A DNA stretch of 34,576 nucleotides from Candidatus Omnitrophota bacterium. Lineage in GTDB: Bacteria > Omnitrophota > Gorgyraeia > Duberdicusellales > 4484-171. The translations under genes and the position numbers were made by a program. The stretch covers positions 1 through 34,576 of the forward strand of contig JBAYMZ010000001.1 of the NCBI GenBank assembly GCA_041663385.1, in the 5' to 3' direction. Position 1 is the stretch's first letter; each line of letters starts with the position of its first letter. Shown here piece by piece: positions 8,817 through 18,136 of the stretch. The notes below the pieces were generated by a model. The model did not search any database. It was not told the origin of the DNA and saw only the letters and a list, made by a program, of their open reading frames with translations.

Positions 8817-10001
8817 TTATTTCTTATCCTGTATAATCGCAATCCCGGGAAGCGGTTTACCCTCCAAAAATTCGAGCGAGGCTCCTCCTCCGGTTGAAAC
8901 ATGCGATAATTTATCTGCTACTTTAAATTTCTTTGCGGCTGAAGCAGAATCTCCGCCGCCAACGATAACTGTAGCTTGCTTCAAATCTGCAAGGCATTTC
9001 GCTAATTCTTCGGTGCCTTTGGCGTAATCATCTTTTTCAAAAATTCCCACCGGGCCATTCCAAAGTACAGTTTTCGCATCGCTTAATTCTTTTTTAAAAA
9101 GCTCAATTGTCTTTGGGCCAATATCAACACCTAAAAACCCAGCCGGAATTTTATCGACTATTTTTTTAACCGTTGGATTTTCAAAATTGTCTATAATAAG
9201 GTGGTCTACGGGCAAAACTATTTTTACATTTTTACTTTGAGCCTCTTTTAAAATACTTTTTGCCACATCAAGTTTATCTGCCTCAACCCTTGAGGAACCG
9301 ACATCTTCACCTTGAGCTTTTAAAAATGTATAAGCCATTGCTCCGCCGATTAAAAACTTATCCGCTCTTTTTAAAAGACTCGAGATAACATCAATCTTAT
9401 CTGAAACCTTTGCACCGCCAAGGATAACCACATATGGTTTATCCGGGCAAAGCGCGGAAGATAAATATTTAACTTCCTTTTCCATCAAAAATCCGAGGCA
9501 TGACGGAAGGAATTTGGCAATTATCGTTGTTGATGCGTGCGCACGATGCGCGGTTCCAAAAGCATCATTGACGTAAACATCCGCTAAAGAGGCAAGCTCT
9601 TTAGCAAACTTTTCATCGCCGGTTTCTTCTTGGGCATGAAACCTTAAATTTTCAAGCAAAATAACCCGCTTTGAAGTTGAAGCAATTTTATTTTTTACGT
9701 CTGCGCCAACACAATCGTCAAGCTTTTCTACATCTTCGCCTAACAACTGGGCTAATTTTTTTGCAACCGGAGTCATGCGAAGACCATCAACAACTTTACC
9801 ATCCGGCCGGCCTAAATGGCTCATCAGAATAAGCTTAGAGGCTCCTTTTTCAAGCACATATTTTATCGTTGGTAATGCTTCTTTAATACGCGTATCATCC
9901 GCAATCTCACCGGTTTTCTTATCCAGCGGTACATTAAAATCAACGCGCATGATCACTTTCTTACCTTTAAAATCCATGTCTTTTACAGTTAGTTTCGCCA
10001 T
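8817..10001 (-). CDS. pgk: Phosphoglycerate kinase
   Basis: Motifs RVDFNVP, SHLGRP, AFGTAHRAH, STGGGASLE; 394 aa. Confidence 0.96.
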   Translation of the reverse strand: MAKLTVKDMDFKGKKVIMRVDFNVPLDKKTGEIADDTRIKEALPTIKYVLEKGASKLILMSHLGRPDGKVVDGLRMTPVAKKLAQLLGEDVEKLDDCVGADVKNKIASTSKRVILLENLRFHAQEETGDEKFAKELASLADVYVNDAFGTAHRAHASTTIIAKFLPSCLGFLMEKEVKYLSSALCPDKPYVVILGGAKVSDKIDVISSLLKRADKFLIGGAMAYTFLKAQGEDVGSSRVEADKLDVAKSILKEAQSKNVKIVLPVDHLIIDNFENPTVKKIVDKIPAGFLGVDIGPKTIELFKKELSDAKTVLWNGPVGIFEKDDYAKGTEELAKCLADLKQATVIVGGGDSASAAKKFKVADKLSHVSTGGGASLEFLEGKPLPGIAIIQDKK

Positions 10002-10017
10002 AGTCTACCCCTCTAAA

Positions 10018-10092
10018 TAGTAGTTTGTTGTTGGTAGTTTGTTTAATAAAAATCAAGTTTCCTTTTCAACCAACTACCAACTACTAACTACT
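10018..10092. repeat. Intergenic palindrome built on GGTAGTT/AACTACC words
   Basis: Bipartite stem: agtagtt 10019-10025 / aactact 10086-10092, and gttggtagtt 10030-10039 / aactaccaac 10072-10081. The right arm ends 1 nt from the gap stop codon. Confidence 0.7.
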
Positions 10093-10093
10093 T

Positions 10094-11240
<1,147 letters not shown>

Positions 11241-11254
11241 CTGTTACTGTTTTA

Positions 11255-12256
11255 TTACTTTACTTCCCGCAAATACTTTGCGGCCAATTCAGGCGGAGTA
11301 GCAACTACGTAGAATCCGCTTCCCCATTCAAAACCCGCAACCCTTGATAACTTCGGCATTATTTCTATATGCCAGTGATAAGACGCGTGCGTATCTGTAT
11401 TAACCGGCGACGTATGGATAATATAATTATACGGGTGCTCACCTAATACCTTTTTAAGACGGGTTAAGGAATCTTTTAAAATTACCGCGAGATCTTTTAC
11501 ACGGCTATCATCTATTTCTCCAAAATCTCTTGAATGCTCTTTTGGTATAACCCAGACCTCAAAAGAAAACCTGCTTGAAAGCGGGCAAAAAGAAATAAAA
11601 CTATCATTCTCGGCAACGATTCTTTCTTTGCCGTTTTCTTCTTCATAAGCGATCATATCGCAAAAAATACATCTTTCCCTGTATTCATAAAAATGTTTCG
11701 CGCCGTTTACCTCATCTAAAACGTTCTTAGGCACCATCGGAAGAGCGATTAACTGAGAATGCCCGTGTTCAAGGCTGGCTCCTGCATCAGCACCGACATT
11801 TTTGAAAATCAAAAGATATTTAAACCGCCTGTCTTTTCTTAAATCAAGTGTGCGGGAACGATAAGCTTTTAGCATGTACTCAACTTCTAAATCAGTAAGT
11901 TCAGGGATTCCTTTAAAATGATAAGGGCTGTCTACTATTACCTCATGCGCGCCAATACCGTTTGAAACATCATACATGCCTATCGCGTGTTTATCTAAAT
12001 CACCTTCAATTTTTAAAGCCGGAAATTTATTAGGCACAACCCGCACTTTCCAACCGGGAGTATTCGGAGCTCTCCAATTTTCTGATATCGCCTCAATTTC
12101 TGGGGGTGTCATATGTTCATTTCCATTACAAAAAGCACAATCCTTTTCACCTTTCCAGACAAAAGGAGTCACGCCGAAATCCTTCGGCAAGAATGGCTCT
12201 TCGACATTTACCACAACCCATCGGTTAACGATTGGATCTTTTCTTAAATCAGGCAT
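11255..12256 (-). CDS. galT: GalT-family (HIT superfamily) hexose-1-phosphate nucleotidyltransferase / NDP-sugar phosphorylase, catalytically canonical paralog
   Basis: CAFC zinc motif followed by TPPE, and the HGHSQLIA (HxHxQ) active-site motif; 333 aa. Substrate (UDP-Glc/Gal-1-P versus ADP-Glc phosphorylase type) cannot be decided by eye. Confidence 0.85.
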   Translation of the reverse strand: MPDLRKDPIVNRWVVVNVEEPFLPKDFGVTPFVWKGEKDCAFCNGNEHMTPPEIEAISENWRAPNTPGWKVRVVPNKFPALKIEGDLDKHAIGMYDVSNGIGAHEVIVDSPYHFKGIPELTDLEVEYMLKAYRSRTLDLRKDRRFKYLLIFKNVGADAGASLEHGHSQLIALPMVPKNVLDEVNGAKHFYEYRERCIFCDMIAYEEENGKERIVAENDSFISFCPLSSRFSFEVWVIPKEHSRDFGEIDDSRVKDLAVILKDSLTRLKKVLGEHPYNYIIHTSPVNTDTHASYHWHIEIMPKLSRVAGFEWGSGFYVVATPPELAAKYLREVK

Positions 12257-12288
12257 AATATTATTTTAATTATTATATATTAAAATTT

Positions 12289-12352
12289 CTAATTGCTAAT
12301 GACAAATGACTAATTAATGTCTAATTTTCTAATAACTAATGGCTTAGACATT
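12289..12352. repeat. Intergenic element: six CTAAT words plus a 9-bp inverted repeat
   Basis: CTAAT at 12289, 12296, 12310, 12321, 12329 and 12336. aatgtctaa 12316-12324 pairs with ttagacatt 12344-12352. Ends 1 nt from the stop of the second GalT paralog. Confidence 0.6.
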
Positions 12353-12353
12353 T

Positions 12354-13361
12354 TTACACTTTCGTTTCAGCTAAGAACTTGGCTGTTTCTTCCGGAAGCG
12401 TCGGGCAAATATAGAATCCGCTTCCCCATTCAAAACCCGCAACCTTTGTTAAGCGGGGAGTAATTTCAATATGCCAGTGATAATCCTCTTCAATTGTCGC
12501 CCAATAGCCTGGATACGATCTCCTGAAAGGCGCGGTATGCACTACATAATTATACGGAGGATCATTAAGTAAAACTTTTATTTTAAGAAGGACTTTCTTA
12601 AATACTCTTGCCAGGCCCCCTACGTTTCTATCGCAAACCGTATAAAAATCAGGAGAATGATCTTTGGGCAGTAGCCAAACTTCAAAAGGAAAACGGGGGG
12701 CAAAAGGAACAATCGCCACAAATCCATCTTCATCTAAAACAACGCGAGAGCCATCATTAAGCTCTTGACGGATAATATCACAAAAAATACATCTTTCGTG
12801 ACGATTATAGTAAGCCTTGGCTCCTTCCAATTCCTCTTTAACTCTTTTTAAATTAACCGGAGTGGCTATAAGCTGAGAGCGCGCGTGTTGTAATTTGCCG
12901 CCGCCGGCATCCCAGCCGTAATTTTTAAATGCCAGCACATATTTAATGCGATTGTCTTTACTTAGTTCTTTAAAACGCAAACAATAAGTCTGCAAAACAT
13001 CCTTAACCTGGTCTTCTCCTAAATCCGCAAGATTTGCTATATGATCGGGAGTTTCTATTACTACTTCATGGCTGCCGACCGCGTTTATAAGGTCATAAGG
13101 CCCTTTGCCTTTTTTCCATAATTCCGCGTTTAAATTCAAAAATGGCGATTGACTGGGAATAACTCGGACCCGCCAATTACCATTATTATCTTTTATAGAA
13201 AAAATTTCAGGCGGGGTTTGGCTTTCCTTGCCCCGGCAAAAAGGGCAATCTTCCGTAACAGGGGAAGACTCTACGTGCGGAAAATCTTTTGGCCTTTTAG
13301 CTCTCTCGGTTGAAATTATAACCCATCTACCTAAAATCGGGTCCTTTCTTAATTGCGGCAT
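12354..13361 (-). CDS. GalT-family paralog with the nucleophilic His replaced by Arg (HARSQ)
   Basis: Same fold signatures as 11255-12256 (CPFC...TPPE, GFEWGSGFY C-terminus), but the active-site motif reads QHARSQLIA. I checked the codons on the DNA: CAC GCG CGC. Confidence 0.85.
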   Translation of the reverse strand: MPQLRKDPILGRWVIISTERAKRPKDFPHVESSPVTEDCPFCRGKESQTPPEIFSIKDNNGNWRVRVIPSQSPFLNLNAELWKKGKGPYDLINAVGSHEVVIETPDHIANLADLGEDQVKDVLQTYCLRFKELSKDNRIKYVLAFKNYGWDAGGGKLQHARSQLIATPVNLKRVKEELEGAKAYYNRHERCIFCDIIRQELNDGSRVVLDEDGFVAIVPFAPRFPFEVWLLPKDHSPDFYTVCDRNVGGLARVFKKVLLKIKVLLNDPPYNYVVHTAPFRRSYPGYWATIEEDYHWHIEITPRLTKVAGFEWGSGFYICPTLPEETAKFLAETKV

Positions 13362-13427
13362 ATGTTTTTAGTTTACTGCTTGCTGCTAACAATGTATTTT
13401 TATTGTAAAAGGCAAGTTAACCGTGAT

Positions 13428-13455
13428 ATTATAACAACCGTAAAGCAAATTGCAA
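13428..13455 (-). promoter_or_regulatory. Putative sigma70-type promoter upstream of the GalT paralogs
   Basis: On the minus strand: TTGCAA (13455-13450), 16-nt spacer, TATAAT (13433-13428). About 65 nt upstream of ATG 13361. Confidence 0.45.
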
Positions 13456-13462
13456 GAAAATT

Positions 13463-13499
13463 ATAACCATTTCCGGCCTCGTAAGTTGGAAATGGTTAT
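13463..13499 (-). terminator. Putative intrinsic terminator of tyrS
   Basis: Perfect 12-bp stem ataaccatttcc 13463-13474 / ggaaatggttat 13488-13499 with a 13-nt loop. It starts 4 nt after the tyrS stop and is followed on the transcript by AAUUUUCUU. Confidence 0.5.
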
Positions 13500-13503
13500 T
13501 TAA

Positions 13504-14697
13504 TTACAAGGTAACCCTGAGGAACTTTTTCTTCCCTATCTTAAGGGCCAAACCGTTTGAAGGTATTTCCAATGCGGCGTTTTTGACGGTTCCGCTATCG
13601 GATGAACCGCCCATAATGGAAATACTGCCTTGCGCCAACAGGCGGCGGGCTTCGTTTTTGGAAGTAACTATTTTTGCGATAAAAAGCACTTCTATCAAAT
13701 CCACAGGTGAGCCTTTGGCTTTATATAAAGGCATATCCTCGGGTATTTCTTTTTGCGAAAATATTTTTTCAAACTCTTCCTTTGAAGATTTACCCATTGC
13801 TTTTGAATAATAGAACGAAACAATTGTTTCAGCTAGTAGCAACTTTGCAACTTTAGGATGCATTTTTTTGGCGGCCTCGCTATCACAATCCGTAAGCAGC
13901 CGGAAATATTCCCACATTACTTCGTCAGAGATGCTCATTATTTTTCCAAACATCGTTTTGGGCTCATCGGTTACGCCGATATAATTACCCAAAGATTTAG
14001 ACATTTTATTTTTTCCGTCAAGGCCAACAAGAAGCGGCATGGTAACGATGCTTTGGGGAGGTTTGCCAAAAACTTCTTTTAAATGCCTGCCGACAATTAG
14101 ATTAAATTTCTGGTCAGTACCTCCAAATTCTATATCCGCATCCACCACCACAGAATCATAACCTTGTATTATAGGATAAACCAGTTCTAAAATCGTAAGC
14201 GGCCGGTTCTCCTTCATGCGCAAAGAAAAATCATCTCTTTCTAAAATTCTTGCGACAGTGTAAGAAGAAAGCAAGGAAAGAAATTTTGATATATCCATTG
14301 ACTTATACCAGGAACTGTTAAATTTAACTTCGGTTTTTTTCTCATCAAGAATTTTAAAGGCTTGTTCTGTATAAGTTGCAGCGTTTTCTTTTATCTCTTC
14401 ATCACCTAAAACCGGGCGCAGTAAAGTTTTTCCGGAAGGATCTCCGATTTTAGCCGTAAAATCACCGATAATTAAAATTACCGTATGCCCCAAATCCTGT
14501 AATTTACGCAGCTTACGTAAAAGCACCGTATGCCCCAAATGGATATCTTTTGCGGTAGGGTCAAATCCGATTTTTAATTTAAGCGGTTTTTTACTTTTTA
14601 GGGAATTTTCTAAATTGGTAAGCAGTTCAGCTTCAGAAATTACGTCAACGGCGTTTTCTTTTATGCAATCAAAATGGCACTGTATTTCCTTGTTCAC
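13504..14697 (-). CDS. tyrS: Tyrosyl-tRNA synthetase
   Basis: Class-I signatures HLGH and KMSKS, GDFTAKIGDPSGK, and a C-terminal S4-like domain. The start codon is GTG (14697) with AAGGGAG upstream. Confidence 0.95.
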   Translation of the reverse strand: MNKEIQCHFDCIKENAVDVISEAELLTNLENSLKSKKPLKLKIGFDPTAKDIHLGHTVLLRKLRKLQDLGHTVILIIGDFTAKIGDPSGKTLLRPVLGDEEIKENAATYTEQAFKILDEKKTEVKFNSSWYKSMDISKFLSLLSSYTVARILERDDFSLRMKENRPLTILELVYPIIQGYDSVVVDADIEFGGTDQKFNLIVGRHLKEVFGKPPQSIVTMPLLVGLDGKNKMSKSLGNYIGVTDEPKTMFGKIMSISDEVMWEYFRLLTDCDSEAAKKMHPKVAKLLLAETIVSFYYSKAMGKSSKEEFEKIFSQKEIPEDMPLYKAKGSPVDLIEVLFIAKIVTSKNEARRLLAQGSISIMGGSSDSGTVKNAALEIPSNGLALKIGKKKFLRVTL

Positions 14698-14720
14698 CGG
14701 GACAATACTCCCTTTATTTT

Positions 14721-14826
14721 ATGTTACGTAGGTTACGGGAAGTTACGAAGGTTACGGATGTTACACCTAAGACCTCGTGTTTAGTGTAACCTTCGCAACC
14801 TACGTAACATTCGTAACTTTCGTAAC
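14721..14826. repeat. Intergenic element: five GTTAC words at 9-10 nt period followed by five G(T/C)AAC words at 9 nt period
   Basis: GTTAC at 14723, 14732, 14742, 14751 and 14760. GTAAC at 14786, 14804, 14813 and 14822, plus degenerate GCAAC at 14795. Stems: gttacgtaggtt / aacctacgtaac (12 bp) and gaaggttac / gtaaccttc (9 bp). Abuts the rpsA stop codon. Confidence 0.8.
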
Positions 14827-16383
14827 TTAACTAGCAGCTTGTTCTGTTTTTGCCGAGAGCCCTATCTTCGCAGAACCTGGATCAATCTTTATTATCTTTA
14901 CCTTTATTTTATCAGAAGGCTTTAGCTGATCCATAACTTCTTTTTCTATTTCTCCGGAAAAAACCAACCCTTCAAGTTCTTCTTCAATTTTAACAAACAC
15001 GCCAAAATTTGTAACCTTTACTACTTCACCCTCGATAACCGTATCAATTGGATACTTGGCCTGAATCTCGTCCCACGGATCAGCGGCCAACTGCTTAATG
15101 CCAAGGATTACCTTTCGACTTGACTTGTCTATGCCCAAAACCTTAAACGCATGGCCTGAGCCTCTTTTGAGAACTTCCTGAGCGCGCGTTACACGCTTGG
15201 TCCAGGAAATATCTTCATTGTAAATTACGCCTTCAAGGCCATTTTCAAATTCAATATACGCGCAGCCTTCGGCATAACCGGAAATTTTTCCGCTAACCTC
15301 GGAATCTAAGGCCACAAGGGTTTCAACATCTTCCCACGGATCACGCTCAAGATGTTTAATGCTTAAAGAAATTTTTCTCTCCGATGGTTCAATACTGATT
15401 ACCTTTGCTTCAATCGCATCACCGACAGCAAACATTTCATAGAGGTTCAAGAATTTTTTCGTCCAGGAAATTTCGCTTACATGCACAAGCCCCTCTATAC
15501 CTTTTTCGAGCTCCACGAATATACCGTAGTTTTGGATATTCGTAATTCTTCCTTTTATCGTTGTGCTTTGAGGATACTTGCTTTCAATCTCTTTCCAAGG
15601 ATCAGGAGTTGTCTGTTTAAGCCCTAAGGAAATTTTACCTTTTTCCTTATCAAAATTTAAAATCATTACCTGTATTTCATCAGACACAGCAACGATTTCC
15701 GATGGATGGGTAATCTTTTTCCAGCTCATATCCGCGATATGTAAAAGCCCATCCACTCCGCCTAAATCTATAAACGCTCCAAAATTGGTAACGCTTTTTA
15801 CTTTTCCTTTTAATACTTTGCCTATTTCTATTTCTTCCCAGATTTTTTTGCGGGAAATTTCTTTTTCCATCCTCACCGCGTCTTTACGGGAAAGGATAAA
15901 ATTTTCCTTGTTCTTGCTCATCTTGACTATCTGGAGATAGCTCTTTTTATTTATTATATCTTCGTCGCTTACATTCCTGAAAGATGATAAGCTTTGCGGC
16001 AAAAATCCTTCGACACCAAAAATTTCAACAATATAACCGCCTTTTACCTTCCGGGTTATAACACCTTCAACCAAGTCGCCTTCTTTGTGGTCATTCAAAA
16101 GCGTCAACCATCCTTTTTGCTCTTTAGCTCTCCGGAAAGAAAGGATAACCTTGCCTTCATCATTTTCCACGTTCTCAACAAATACCTCAATTTCTTTGAG
16201 ACCTTCCAGATCAACACCGACAAATTCATTCCGGGAGATTACCCCTTCTGACTTGTAACCCACGTCAACAACCACTTCATTGTGAGTCACTCCCACGATT
16301 TTGCCTTTTACGATTTCACCTTCATTTAATTCTTTGATGGAATCGTAATAAGCTTTTTCCAATTCTGATGATACTTTTTCCAT
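14827..16383 (-). CDS. rpsA: 30S ribosomal protein S1
   Basis: 518 aa of tandem S1/OB-fold repeats with recurring G.I..G.V..V..FG.FV..G..GL.H.S patterns. ATG is preceded by GGAGG. Confidence 0.93.
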   Translation of the reverse strand: MEKVSSELEKAYYDSIKELNEGEIVKGKIVGVTHNEVVVDVGYKSEGVISRNEFVGVDLEGLKEIEVFVENVENDEGKVILSFRRAKEQKGWLTLLNDHKEGDLVEGVITRKVKGGYIVEIFGVEGFLPQSLSSFRNVSDEDIINKKSYLQIVKMSKNKENFILSRKDAVRMEKEISRKKIWEEIEIGKVLKGKVKSVTNFGAFIDLGGVDGLLHIADMSWKKITHPSEIVAVSDEIQVMILNFDKEKGKISLGLKQTTPDPWKEIESKYPQSTTIKGRITNIQNYGIFVELEKGIEGLVHVSEISWTKKFLNLYEMFAVGDAIEAKVISIEPSERKISLSIKHLERDPWEDVETLVALDSEVSGKISGYAEGCAYIEFENGLEGVIYNEDISWTKRVTRAQEVLKRGSGHAFKVLGIDKSSRKVILGIKQLAADPWDEIQAKYPIDTVIEGEVVKVTNFGVFVKIEEELEGLVFSGEIEKEVMDQLKPSDKIKVKIIKIDPGSAKIGLSAKTEQAAS

Positions 16384-16560
16384 TATTCTAAAACCTCCAA
16401 TGTAAATTAGTTCTGTCCCGTTTAGGTACTCGGTAAGAACCTGATTTTTCTTACTTAAATAGGAACCTCTTGAATTTTCTATCTGAAATCAATCTGTATA
16501 CCACTTTTTTAAAATAGCGGGCGAATCTTGAGGTTCGATCGCGGCCTTTTAAGGTTGGTA

Positions 16561-16589
16561 ATTATCTCCCAAAAGGCTATTTTTGTCAA
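16561..16589 (-). promoter_or_regulatory. Putative sigma70-type promoter of rpsA
   Basis: On the minus strand: TTGACA (16589-16584), 17-nt spacer, GATAAT (16566-16561). It starts 6 nt after the flippase stop and implies a roughly 170-nt rpsA leader. Confidence 0.55.
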
Positions 16590-16594
16590 TAAGT

Positions 16595-17743
16595 TTAGCT
16601 ACCCCTAAATACCAGATAAACCGCTGCTGCGGCAGTTATTAAAAGGCCGATGTTCTGGCAGAAAGTAAGTATTGCTAATTGTTTTAAACGGCTGGTTCCG
16701 GAAAAATAAGCCCGGCCAATAAGCAGATACCCGGAAATAAAAGCGTAAATCACCAGAAAATTAAAAATCAAAATACTGTCGCGATAAGCCGGGAAGAAAC
16801 TGCTGATTATTCCAAAAGACAATAACAAGCAGCAAATTGAACCAAATATTGCTATAGGAGTATAAAGCAAAATTGATTTTTTTACCAGCTGCTTTAACTC
16901 CTGTCCCTGGTTTGACAATCCGGAAAACTTTGGAAACAACACAGTGGAAAAAGCTGTGGGAATAGAAATCGCCGCCTGGTAAAAAATCATGGCGAAAGAT
17001 AAATAACCGATTAGTTTCTGATTAAAAAAAACGCTAAGCACCGGTATAGCCACAAGCCCTATAAGCCCCGGAATTACCATAAGATACATGGGGATACTGT
17101 AAGATAAAAAAACAGATTTAAATTCCAGGGCATCCTCTCCGCTCTCGCGGATATTCTTTTTAAAGAAAAATAAAAGACAAACTATATTGCCTAATAAATA
17201 ACCTGACGCCCAACCGATAATCGCCCAAAAAATACCAAATTGCCGGCCAAGAAAATAACTGGCCAGCCCCATAACCGCGAATGTAAGCATCTGGGAAAAA
17301 GCATAAATTTTAAACTTCTGGAAACCAATAGCGATTTGTTTAAACAATTCTAAATAACTTAACGCAAATAATAATATACCTGCAGCGATAAGCCCTGCCT
17401 GATTAAAATCTTTTAAAAAAAACCCGGCAATCGGTCCGCGAATAAAAAACATCCCTAGGGTAAGCCCTGAATAAACCCAAAACATCAAACGGACAAATTT
17501 TAATATCAAAGGATAAACCCGCTGATCGCGGTAATGAGAGATATACCGTACCAGGGTCGCCCCGGCCCCTAAATCGACCAGGCTTGGCAAAAACGAAAAC
17601 AAAGCTATCACTACTTTAAAGGTGCCAAAATCCTCGGGCCCAAACTGGTTGGCTAAAAGCATATTAGCAATAAACAACAACGCCCCGCCAATATAGTTAG
17701 CTAAAGTAATAAAAAGGGCGGGTTTAAACAGAGTTTTATACAT
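16595..17743 (-). CDS. Polysaccharide biosynthesis protein, Wzx-like (MOP superfamily) flippase
   Basis: 382 aa, about 10-12 predicted TM helices, with an N-terminus typical of oligosaccharide flippases (ANYIGGALLFIANMLLANQFGPEDFG). Confidence 0.75.
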   Translation of the reverse strand: MYKTLFKPALFITLANYIGGALLFIANMLLANQFGPEDFGTFKVVIALFSFLPSLVDLGAGATLVRYISHYRDQRVYPLILKFVRLMFWVYSGLTLGMFFIRGPIAGFFLKDFNQAGLIAAGILLFALSYLELFKQIAIGFQKFKIYAFSQMLTFAVMGLASYFLGRQFGIFWAIIGWASGYLLGNIVCLLFFFKKNIRESGEDALEFKSVFLSYSIPMYLMVIPGLIGLVAIPVLSVFFNQKLIGYLSFAMIFYQAAISIPTAFSTVLFPKFSGLSNQGQELKQLVKKSILLYTPIAIFGSICCLLLSFGIISSFFPAYRDSILIFNFLVIYAFISGYLLIGRAYFSGTSRLKQLAILTFCQNIGLLITAAAAVYLVFRGS

Positions 17744-17810
17744 ACAAATAAATTTTGTAGCAAACGAATGGAACCTTTTTCATCGCAGAGCATAAACAGT
17801 AATATCTAAA

Positions 17811-17981
17811 TTAGTATTGCCAGGCTTTAGCTTCGAACACCGATAGGTTCTTTTCATCATAAACCCGCCCGGCATAGTTAATGTAAGTTTTACCGGGAAC
17901 AAATTTATCTTTGGTTTTGGTAAAGTAATATTTTTTTACCAGTTCTAAAATTTTACTGCGGATAATGCTTTCTTGGCTCAT
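17811..17981 (-). pseudogene. N-terminal remnant (56 codons) of an RfbH/DdhC-like (DegT/DnrJ/EryC1 family) NDP-hexose 3-dehydratase/aminotransferase gene
   Basis: My translation is MSQESIIRSKILELVKKYYFTKTKDKFVPGKTYINYAGRVYDEKNLSVFEAKAWQY*. The ...I.E.V..YY......F.PG.T.INYAGRV.DE... pattern matches RfbH N-termini from memory. The remaining ~380 aa are missing. Confidence 0.55.
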
Positions 17982-17996
17982 ATTTTTTTAGTTTAA

Positions 17997-18112
17997 TCCC
18001 TCGCAGAAATCCTCGGGCTTTAGGCCAACAGGCCACCCTGTTGGGTAGCCCGTAGGATGAATGGATGTTATGATTTCTGCTCGGGAGGAAGCCCCGGTCT
18101 TTAGACCGGGGA
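17997..18112. other. GC-rich multi-hairpin element (candidate structured RNA or REP/MITE-like remnant)
   Basis: Nested stems: gcagaaatc 18003-18011 / gatttctgc 18072-18080; cctcgggc 18011-18018 / gcccgtagg 18048-18056 (1 bulge); ccaacagg 18025-18032 / cctgttgg 18037-18044. A separate hairpin is ccccggtc 18092-18099 / gaccgggg 18104-18111. Clearly more GC-rich than its surroundings. Confidence 0.6.
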
Positions 18113-18136
18113 GACTTCACTAAATTATTAACTAAT

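Noticed and set aside
8720-8902. 60-aa minus-strand ORF spanning the pgk 3-prime end and the family-B element, plus the similar alternative-frame ORFs 22054-22242, 31009-31203 and 34046-34285
   Set aside because: They overlap well-supported genes in another frame or run through a palindromic spacer. None has a motif or an RBS.
14721-14826. Short-period repeat arrays (here and in the other spacers) as CRISPR arrays
   Set aside because: The period is 7-10 nt with no unique spacers of 25-40 nt, the arrays are palindromic, and no cas genes are present.
17997-18112. GC-rich hairpin element as a tRNA, SRP (4.5S) RNA or integron attC site
   Set aside because: There is no cloverleaf or T-loop/anticodon geometry. 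It lacks the SRP helix-8 GGAA tetraloop with AGCA/GGAA internal-loop motifs, and no RYYYAAC/GTTRRRY attC ends are present. Its identity is left open.
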